Source: a virus
Taxonomy: Duplodnaviria > Caudoviricetes
DNA: 64,000 nucleotides
Virus record (IMG/VR): IMGVR_UViG_3300032893_000040
Location: 1,637 to 65,636 of that record
Direction: 5' to 3' (one strand)
Part shown: piece by piece, positions 17,902-24,863 of the stretch
How the letters are laid out: each line of letters starts with the position of its first letter
How positions within the stretch are numbered: position 1 is the first letter of the stretch
Program-made: the position numbers and the translations under genes
Notes under the pieces: model-generated
What the model saw: only the letters and a program-made list of their open reading frames with translations
Database searches by the model: none
Told to the model about the DNA's origin: nothing

Positions 17902-18126
17902 TCAGCTCCTATAGAATTTGCCCGTCCTTTCTATGGTGCCTGTCGTTACCGTGACGTGCACCTCGGCTTCGATCATGAAATCTTTGTCGCATCCCCCGGT
18001 TTCGTTGTCGCAGGAGACGATGCTCTTGTGGAAGAGCGGATATCCGGGCGCATCTTTGTTATCGGTGAGCCGGAGTTCGTTGACGTGCCCACAGTAGGGA
18101 CACACCACTTTGACACTTCTGGTCAT
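17902..18126 (-). CDS. small Zn-ribbon protein
   Basis: CPYC...CDNETGGC; TAATG coupling. Confidence 0.65.
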   Translation of the reverse strand: MTRSVKVVCPYCGHVNELRLTDNKDAPGYPLFHKSIVSCDNETGGCDKDFMIEAEVHVTVTTGTIERTGKFYRS

Positions 18127-18359
18127 TACTGCCTCCCGTATCTTGTGGTCGAGCGATCGAGGTCCGCACCTGTCCAGTGCGGGTTGACTATCCTGTGCAT
18201 TCGGTTGAAGACTGCGGTGGTGATGAGGGTCTTCTCATCAGCGTGGGTGTACTGAGCGACGAATTTCCGGTCGGCGGAGTTCAGGCCGTACGGCTGGACT
18301 GCCAGTAGCTTGGCCTTCTCGACGTTCTCAAGAAAGATGCGCATTCGCTGTTCGGTCAT
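18126..18359 (-). CDS. hypothetical early protein
   Basis: GGAGG RBS directly after a promoter module. Confidence 0.65.
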   Translation of the reverse strand: MTEQRMRIFLENVEKAKLLAVQPYGLNSADRKFVAQYTHADEKTLITTAVFNRMHRIVNPHWTGADLDRSTTRYGRQ

Positions 18360-18388
18360 GATTCGCGTCCTCCCATACCGTTATAGCA

Positions 18389-18464
18389 ACAAATCGCGTG
18401 CCAATGCGGCGATGGCCCCGTCCGCACCGGGAAGGGCCATCGCGCTTGGCTTGGGTGTTTAGTC
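18389..18464 (-). promoter_or_regulatory. sigma54-type early promoter module, copy 3 (shortened)
   Basis: Minus strand GACTAAACACC...CGGACGG-N14-TGGCACG-CGAT-TTGT. Confidence 0.6.
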
Positions 18465-18473
18465 CGCAGTACA

Positions 18474-18761
18474 TCATTGTTTACTCCGTGCTACAGCCAC
18501 CTGACGATTCACTTTCTTGTAAGCTTCCTTCCACCCCGCGAACTCCCCCTCCTCGAATGCCTCAAATAAGCTGTTGGAATTCCATCTGCCCTCGATATGG
18601 TAGGTCGGATGGCCCTCGAACTGCCGGGAATTCTCAGATATCTCGTGACAAGCACCAAGGAACTTGTCCTCATCGGCGAGTTCCGCTTCGGTGAAATCGC
18701 CGAGGTCTCCTATCTGGAGACCTTCCTCATATCCGAGTTTATACGCTTCGCGCTTATTCAT
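18474..18761 (-). CDS. hypothetical acidic early protein
   Basis: GGAGG RBS; ATGA overlap. Confidence 0.65.
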   Translation of the reverse strand: MNKREAYKLGYEEGLQIGDLGDFTEAELADEDKFLGACHEISENSRQFEGHPTYHIEGRWNSNSLFEAFEEGEFAGWKEAYKKVNRQVAVARSKQ

Positions 18762-19120
18762 GTTTTGGATTTCCTCCCGTCTACGTGTGCCTTCTCCTTG
18801 TGTAGCTTGACCGTTATCCTGACGTAGTGAAACATGTTGTCCGGGTCAGTTTTTATCGTGTGACCGTGGACATCGAGCACAGTAACGTTCCCAAGGTCAC
18901 GCATGACTTGTGTCACGGTCCGAACCACGTTGATTAGGAGCGGCTCAATCTTCACGTCTTCCTCGAAGATGAGCGTAGCCTGCCACCCCTTGTTCTCGAC
19001 GAAGACGTTCGTCACCTTGAGGTCGGTGGCTTTGCGAAGGCGGACGGCAAGCTCGTTCGTCACGCGTTGCGTCTTCGGGGTCTTCGAGCGTGGGTGGTTG
19101 ATGCGAATGTCCGGTCTCAC
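18758..19120 (-). CDS. hypothetical early protein
   Basis: GGAGG RBS; TAGTG coupling. Confidence 0.65.
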   Translation of the reverse strand: MRPDIRINHPRSKTPKTQRVTNELAVRLRKATDLKVTNVFVENKGWQATLIFEEDVKIEPLLINVVRTVTQVMRDLGNVTVLDVHGHTIKTDPDNMFHYVRITVKLHKEKAHVDGRKSKT

Positions 19121-19227
19121 TAATCCCTCCCGATGTTTATGAAGCGGTGAAGCCCGTAGGCGAGTGCTCCAAGTAGGAACAGCCCCACCCCGAGCAAGAT
19201 GACGAGTGCAAAGAAGAGTTCACTCAT
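19120..19227 (-). CDS. small single-TM protein (35 aa)
   Basis: MSELFFALVILLGVGLFLLGALAYGL; fills the gap between neighbours. Confidence 0.55.
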   Translation of the reverse strand: MSELFFALVILLGVGLFLLGALAYGLHRFINIGRD

Positions 19228-19525
19228 AGTGCGGCCTCCTCTGCTCCCCAACGAATGTCGCTCCGATAGGCAAGCCACCGTAGTAGGCGACGTCCGGGCG
19301 TTTGGTTACTACTGCATGGTAAGTTGTGTTCCGGTAGTGCGTTCGGTGGTTCTTGTGCTGGGCAAGCGGTTCGACCTGCCGCATCCAGCGGCGTGCTTTG
19401 CGTGCCTTGCGGAATCTACGGGCGTAGAGCGGGTAGAAGGCATCGAACCACCATCCGCCTTCCTCGGGTCCGCCGTACTCGCGGACGTGCTCGAAGATGA
19501 TCGCATTCCATTTCGGCTTTGGCAT
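19220..19525 (-). CDS. hypothetical early protein
   Basis: REYGGPEEGGWW and RPHYE motifs; start moved to MPKPKW. Confidence 0.65.
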   Translation of the reverse strand: MPKPKWNAIIFEHVREYGGPEEGGWWFDAFYPLYARRFRKARKARRWMRQVEPLAQHKNHRTHYRNTTYHAVVTKRPDVAYYGGLPIGATFVGEQRRPHYE

Positions 19526-19529
19526 CGTA

Positions 19530-20276
19530 TCACCCTTCGATTTGTTTGGCACCACCACCGATTGCTCCACCAAGCGGGATGTTCGACCCCGCCCGATGCC
19601 CTGCTTGACGGCCGAGATAATTCCCGGCACTGTGGTTCACTTTCGCCATCCGGATTCCGCGTCTTTCCTTCCATTCCTGCAGAGCGAAATCCTTGACCCG
19701 GATGAGAGCGGTCCCGGTGTTGCTTGATGCCTCAACGTTGCGCTTGCGTTGGATTGCGAGGTCCGCGCATCGAGAGCAGATAGCGGCGGCAAAGGCCAGT
19801 CCATGCCCCGCTTTGAATTTCATGGTAAGGGAGGGAGTCCACGTGCGAGGGTAATCAGACAATTCGTTCTCGTCCTTGGCTTCCTGCAGGTCGGCCTCGA
19901 CGATGCTGAACCACGAGCGGTACAAGTGTTCGAAGAGCATCTTCATCGGTTCGATGTCGGACTTGTGGCCGACGAAGGTGAAGCGCGTTCCCCAGAGGCC
20001 TTTATTGACCAGTACCGTGCCATCGAACAGAATCGCGCACCCGTGCCCGAGGCTCATTATCCAGTTGAGCTTCATCTTCTGGTCGGGCACGGTGTAAAGC
20101 TCTTCCACGATGGGGTCGTTTTTGGTTTCCTTGAGGAGGACTTCAGCCTCCTCAATCTGGTACTTCTCCATCAGTTCAGATGCCCGTTGAGCGGCGAGTT
20201 TGGCCTCGTGCTCGTTGGGCGACGTGGCGAGTGCCAAGAGCTTCTTAATCTTGGCGAGAGTCTCTTCGCGTGTCAT
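19530..20276 (-). CDS. DUF2786-domain protein
   Basis: KIKKLLALATSPNEHEAKLAAQRASELMEKY N-terminus. Confidence 0.8.
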   Translation of the reverse strand: MTREETLAKIKKLLALATSPNEHEAKLAAQRASELMEKYQIEEAEVLLKETKNDPIVEELYTVPDQKMKLNWIMSLGHGCAILFDGTVLVNKGLWGTRFTFVGHKSDIEPMKMLFEHLYRSWFSIVEADLQEAKDENELSDYPRTWTPSLTMKFKAGHGLAFAAAICSRCADLAIQRKRNVEASSNTGTALIRVKDFALQEWKERRGIRMAKVNHSAGNYLGRQAGHRAGSNIPLGGAIGGGAKQIEG

Positions 20277-20473
20277 CGTCCGGTCCTCACTTCCTCGATC
20301 CCCCTGCGGACCGCCGCGATGGAATCAACCTCCTTGATTGCAGCTTCCAGGCCTTCAATGACTCCTGTCTGCAGCACCAAGGCGTGAATTGTTTCAGCGT
20401 TCCTGCGTGTGCGCTTGTATCCGTCGAGCAATTCCTCGAGCCTGCGCTTGATGACGACCTCGATGGGGTCCAT
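20273..20473 (-). CDS. hypothetical early protein
   Basis: Start moved to MDPIEV with AGGAGG RBS. Confidence 0.65.
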   Translation of the reverse strand: MDPIEVVIKRRLEELLDGYKRTRRNAETIHALVLQTGVIEGLEAAIKEVDSIAAVRRGIEEVRTGR

Positions 20474-20528
20474 CGTTCCTCCTGTTTTGGTTTGTGGTCG
20501 GGCGTTCGCCCGGATACTCCGGAATGCC

Positions 20529-20624
20529 GCAAACAGCGTGCCAACGACAATTTGCCCGTCCGTTCCGGGGAGGGCACTTCTGATTGCCTTAAGTGTCCAC
20601 TCCCCGGAACATCGGTGTTTAGTC
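20529..20624 (-). promoter_or_regulatory. sigma54-type early promoter module, copy 2
   Basis: Minus strand ends TGGCACG-CTGT-TTGC, an exact -24/-12 consensus; upstream blocks shared with copy 1. Confidence 0.72.
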
Positions 20625-20630
20625 GGTAGG

Positions 20631-20873
20631 TCACCCAACGTCAAACAGCTCCTCGATGGGTTCGTCTTCGCTTCCCTGGTACTCGCAGAAGCCCGATACG
20701 AACTGAAGCGGTTCGTTCTCGATGATAGCCAAGGCCAAACCAAGTACGTTGTCGATTGCCGTTTGCCTTGCTTCGTCGGGCAGGTCGTGGTTCTTGAGGG
20801 TTGCGAGGTCTTCCTCGCTTATCTCCACCTCGATTGAGCGTTCGAGGTTCTGGGTGTACAGGACTTTAGGCAT
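20631..20873 (-). CDS. hypothetical acidic early protein
   Basis: Start moved to MPKVLY with AGGAGG RBS. Confidence 0.65.
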   Translation of the reverse strand: MPKVLYTQNLERSIEVEISEEDLATLKNHDLPDEARQTAIDNVLGLALAIIENEPLQFVSGFCEYQGSEDEPIEELFDVG

Positions 20874-20983
20874 TTGGTCCTCCTGTTTGTTTGGTTTGTG
20901 TCGATGACGAGTGCCGTTTGGTTTTGACGGCCTCCGGTCGGCCCAGGAGAGTGTGGCTTGGGCCAAGCGCAGTCCGTCCGTGC

Positions 20984-21023
20984 AAACACAAAGGTGCCCT
21001 CTCCCCCCGAAGGGAGAGAGGGC
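20984..21023 (-). terminator. intrinsic terminator after the first early gene
   Basis: GCCCTCTCTCCC-TTCG-GGGGGAGAGGGC (cUUCGg loop) followed by ACCTTTGTGTTT. Confidence 0.7.
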
Positions 21024-21041
21024 GGACTTCAGCCCTCTGCG

Positions 21042-21455
21042 TCAGGCCGCTGTGGCTGAAGCTTGCTTCGCCTGCTCGCGTGCCGCTTTCCGGGCGGCGG
21101 CCTTCTCGTGCCGCTTCGCCTTCCGCCGCTCGCGTGCGGCTTCCTTCGCGCACGACTCGCACGCTTTCACCTGAAAGAGGTCGGACGTGGCAAGCCGGAC
21201 CGTGTGTCCGCACTCCAGCTTGCGCTCGACCGTCTGCTTGTTCGCGTGCGTGCCCTCCGTCTCCCACCGAAGCGAACCGGGCACGACACCGGGGTACTTC
21301 GTCCTCAGGTCTCCCTCCGTCAGCCGCTTGGACTTCGGTGGTTTGGGGTCCGGCGTGGGTGCTGGTGTCGCGGTGGCTTGCGTCTGTTCGGTCTCGACTG
21401 CTTGCGCTGGGGTGGCGTGCGTGGTCGGCTCGGGCTTTCCGTTCTTGCGGCTCAC
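21042..21455 (-). CDS. first early gene: Zn-finger protein, paralog of 15763-16251
   Basis: LRTKYP..GS..NK..KLECGHT..TSDLFQVKACESC; GTG start with AGGAGG. Confidence 0.8.
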   Translation of the reverse strand: MSRKNGKPEPTTHATPAQAVETEQTQATATPAPTPDPKPPKSKRLTEGDLRTKYPGVVPGSLRWETEGTHANKQTVERKLECGHTVRLATSDLFQVKACESCAKEAARERRKAKRHEKAAARKAAREQAKQASATAA

Positions 21456-21518
21456 TGTGTCCTCCTGTCGTCTGGTCTCGGGCTCCGGCGTGTCCGGCGC
21501 GCCCGTGCCCTTTCTGCC

Positions 21519-21615
21519 ACAAACGACGTGCCAGAGTCCGGGTGGTCCGTCCGCGCAGAAGAGGGCACAAAGGAGAGGCTCAAGTGTCTGGTCCTTAGGA
21601 CACTGGTGTTCACTC
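21519..21615 (-). promoter_or_regulatory. sigma54-type early promoter module, copy 1
   Basis: Minus strand GAGTGAACACC-N16-GACACTT-N13-GTGCCCTC-N7-CGGACGG-N13-TGGCACG-TCGT-TTGT. Confidence 0.68.
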
Positions 21616-21921
21616 CGCGCTACAGAGTTCGTCAGACCCGCGAGGGACGCGGGTCTCCGCGCTGTGGCAAGTGTCCAGCGGAGAGGACGGTCGAGGTGGC
21701 GTGCGCGGCTGTCAAGGTGGCAGGCCACCCCCCTCCCTCCGGGTGGGCTTGGGTGCTTGGGGGGGACTTGCGCGGTCGGTCCGGGCTGTGTTTTTTGTGC
21801 GTGTGCGCGACGACCGTCCGTCCGGCGGGACGGGAGACAGAGGGCAAGCAGACAGCAACCAAGGAGCAAGCAGTGCGGGACACGGGGCAAACGGCAGAGG
21901 GCAAGGAAGCAAGCAGGAGAG

Positions 21922-21998
21922 AGCTGTCAGCCAGTCAGCTTACCCTTGACAGCTTGTCAGCAGTCAAGCTGTCAGCTTTGACCTGTCAGCTTGACAGC
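21922..21998. repeat. cluster of GTCAGC / TTGACAGC direct and inverted repeats
   Basis: GTCAGC at 21926, 21934, 21956, 21971, 21985; TTGACAGC at 21946, 21991. Confidence 0.8.
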
Positions 21999-22243
21999 AA
22001 GAGGCAAGAGGCCAACAGCAAGCAGACAGCGGCCAAAGGCGAACCCAACAAGGCCAGCCGGAGGACCCAGACCCCACCCCCCGTTGCCCCCGCAAAGGAC
22101 CCGAGAGGACCCAAGGGAGTAGCAACAGTTCTTTCTCTGACCCTGCTTCCTAGCCGCCAGTTTTCTTGCCCCAATATTTCATTTTCTAATCTCTTTTGCT
22201 CTGGAGGACCCAGCTTGACCTTGACTGCTCTAAGGACTGCATA

Positions 22244-22969
22244 ATGTCAGTCTCCGGGAAGAAATCCTCGAAGCCGAAGCCCAACTGGGACGCTCTGCCC
22301 CCTGAACTCAGGGACGAGGCGGCTAACGCCGCCGAGCGTCAGGAGTCCCTCCCTCCGGCCGAGGACCCGATCGACTACCACCGGGACGTAACCCAGCTCA
22401 TCAATCGTCTTGAGGCCAACCGTGGTAAGTCAATCCAGCTTGAGAACCTCGCCTACAGCCCGAACCCGGTTTCCGATTCTCCCCTCCTGGACCAAAACAT
22501 CGCCCCTGAGAGGCTTACGTATCTTGCTTTCGTCGAGAAACTTGCTCGTGCTGGCCTCACGGTTGAACAGGTCTCTGACGTGCTTGGAGTACCGGTCAAG
22601 CGATTCTCAGCTCAGCTCAAGCGAGATCGCGTTCTTGGAGCCATGTTCAACCGTGGCAAGGCCGAGGCTGACCGTCTCGTGGCTGAAAGCCTGTTCCGAC
22701 GCGCTCTAGGATTCAGCTACGACGAAATCACCATCGAGTCCTCGGTGGACGGGGAAGGCGCGGTGACCGCCAAGGAGAAGCGGACCCGCAAGTTCATCCC
22801 GCCCGACGTGCAGGCCCAGATGGCGTGGCTCACCAACCGGGACGGCCAGAACTGGAAATCCACCGTCAATATCAAGGACAGCGACACCAAGAAAATCATC
22901 GTCGTCCGTGAACTGCAGGGCCTGGGCGATGACGAGCTTGAGAAGCTGGCCAAGGAGAGCGCGAATTGA
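22244..22969 (+). CDS. terS: terminase small subunit
   Basis: HTH GLTVEQVSDVLGV; VAESLFRRALG; PPDVQAQMAWLTNR; start moved to MSVSGK. Confidence 0.8.
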   Translation: MSVSGKKSSKPKPNWDALPPELRDEAANAAERQESLPPAEDPIDYHRDVTQLINRLEANRGKSIQLENLAYSPNPVSDSPLLDQNIAPERLTYLAFVEKLARAGLTVEQVSDVLGVPVKRFSAQLKRDRVLGAMFNRGKAEADRLVAESLFRRALGFSYDEITIESSVDGEGAVTAKEKRTRKFIPPDVQAQMAWLTNRDGQNWKSTVNIKDSDTKKIIVVRELQGLGDDELEKLAKESAN

Positions 22970-23184
22970 TACCCGGAATCCCTCCCCCGAACGCCAGTGC
23001 CAAATGTCCGGAGTGTGAGCACGAGTTTTATTTCTACTCCACCAAGGACGTGGACTTCTGGCCCGTCTGCCGCAAGTGCGGGGCCAAGTTTCACGTGAAG
23101 ACCAAGCAGGGAACATCGAGCGTAGCCGAACAGCGTGAAGATGTGGAGAGATGGAAGTCAGAACTGAACATACGGGAGAATTGA
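22966..23184 (+). CDS. small Zn-ribbon protein
   Basis: CPEC...CRKC. Confidence 0.6.
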   Translation: MIPGIPPPNASAKCPECEHEFYFYSTKDVDFWPVCRKCGAKFHVKTKQGTSSVAEQREDVERWKSELNIREN

Positions 23185-24863
23185 AGCGGCTGATGCGGTC
23201 CCGCTCCCCCAAGGCGAAAGCCGTGATCGGGGAGCTTGCGCGGCGCGAGATCGAACGCCGCAGGGCCGAGAATCCGCTCAAGTATTTTGTCCCCAACGGC
23301 TGGTCCGAGAAGTTCATCCACGCCGTGGGGCACAAGCTTGAGAAATGGATATTCATCCTTCCCGCCGCCAACTCCATTACGAAATCGGCTTCCACCATCA
23401 ACATCCTCGGGAACCTCATCTGGGGTCCGCAGAACCTCAGGTGGTACAACGGGCCGCGCTTCGAGCTTCCCTGGACCTCCCCCAAGAAATTCTGGTACAT
23501 CTCCCGCCGTGCCACCCTCGAGGAGTTCATTTGCGGCTCCGACAGCACGACCGAGAACGAGATATCCAAGTGGTTCCCACAGGGACGTTACACCTTCAGC
23601 AAGTCGGGGCGCGAGTTCAATTCAAGATTCATTTCGGACACCGGATGGGTAGGCTCGTTCAAGACCTACGACCAGGAAACCAACCAGTTCGAGTCCGACA
23701 AGATCGGTGTCGCGGTCTTTGACGAGCCACCCCCGGAAGCCGTTTACAACGCGGTCCTCGCCCGAATGACCGTGGGAAGCCCGATCGTCATCATGCCGAT
23801 GACCCCCTTGACCTATTCGGCGTGGATTAAGGACCGTCTCATCGACGGCGCGGGGCCGAACTCGCCCGTTGAGGTCTTCTACGGCGACATCGAGGAGAAT
23901 TGTCAGGAGCACGGGGTCCGGGGCAGGCTCTCCCACAAGCGTATTGAGGAACTGATCGCTCAGTATGACGAGGATGAACGCGAGGCCCGAGCACACGGGC
24001 TGTTCGCCCACCTCTCCGGCCTCGTATACAAGTCCATACATCCGGAGGTGAACCGCCACCAGATTCCGGCCAGGGAGTTCAACCAGACCATCTCCGCCAC
24101 CGAGTTTGCGGACGGGAAGACCAACTACAAAATCTTCTGCGTCTGCGATCCCCATGACTCGAAGCCCCCCATCATCGGGTGGTTCGCCGTCGATCGCTGG
24201 GGGACCATCTGGGCCGTCGATGAGTTCCCCAGCGAACGCCACAACACCGAGTTCAAGCCTTTCTACGACTATAAACCCGGACAGTGGAGACTCACCATTG
24301 AGCAGACGTGCGAATGGATTAAGAAAATCGAGGAACGGAACGGGTGGAACGGAAAGCTCATCACCCGCGTCATGGACCCCAATTTTGGTCGGAAGCCTGA
24401 GCAAACTGTGGGTCGCACTATTGCCCAGCATTACCGTGATTGTGGTTCGAAACTCAAGTATCCCCTCCATTTTACGACGGACGTGCTCGACGACATCGAC
24501 ACGGGACATCAAGTCGTCCGTGAATTTCTCGCTATCAATCCAGACAACCAGACCAGACTGAAGATCGGGCACTTCTGCTCAAACATCTGGTTCTCGATGA
24601 CGCACTACATGCGGAAAGTGCAGTCCGCATCCTCACTCGAAGCGAACGGTCCCACCGAACTCGTGCAGGTCAAGTTCAAGGACGGTGCAGACCTCGTGCG
24701 CTACATGTCGGTGTACTTCCGCAAGCCCGGAAAGCCGAGACCCGAGGAGAAGGAGATCAGGACTCTGGATGACATGGTAGAGCGTCAGTTGGAACGCAAC
24801 AGGAAGCGTGCGGCGGCAATGGCAAGGCCGAGACCCCAATATGAGGATTCGTCCTACATATGA
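23151..24863 (+). CDS. terL: terminase large subunit
   Basis: AANSITKS (Walker A variant), VFDEPP, MTPL, EREARAHG, nuclease CDPH and KDGADLVRY. Confidence 0.88.
   Translation: MEVRTEHTGELKRLMRSRSPKAKAVIGELARREIERRRAENPLKYFVPNGWSEKFIHAVGHKLEKWIFILPAANSITKSASTINILGNLIWGPQNLRWYNGPRFELPWTSPKKFWYISRRATLEEFICGSDSTTENEISKWFPQGRYTFSKSGREFNSRFISDTGWVGSFKTYDQETNQFESDKIGVAVFDEPPPEAVYNAVLARMTVGSPIVIMPMTPLTYSAWIKDRLIDGAGPNSPVEVFYGDIEENCQEHGVRGRLSHKRIEELIAQYDEDEREARAHGLFAHLSGLVYKSIHPEVNRHQIPAREFNQTISATEFADGKTNYKIFCVCDPHDSKPPIIGWFAVDRWGTIWAVDEFPSERHNTEFKPFYDYKPGQWRLTIEQTCEWIKKIEERNGWNGKLITRVMDPNFGRKPEQTVGRTIAQHYRDCGSKLKYPLHFTTDVLDDIDTGHQVVREFLAINPDNQTRLKIGHFCSNIWFSMTHYMRKVQSASSLEANGPTELVQVKFKDGADLVRYMSVYFRKPGKPRPEEKEIRTLDDMVERQLERNRKRAAAMARPRPQYEDSSYI

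Noticed and set aside
20974-20980. Fourth sigma54-type module at another CGGACGG
   Set aside because: Followed by TGGCCCA-AGCC-ACAC with the wrong spacing and no -12 box.
21063-22244. Long ORFs (393, 264 aa) across the divergence region
   Set aside because: Low-complexity translations, no RBS, antisense to a well-supported gene and its promoter.
22215-22245. sigma70 promoter before terS
   Set aside because: TTGACC or TTGACT to CATAAT spacing is 19 or 13 nt, and the -10 overlaps the start codon.
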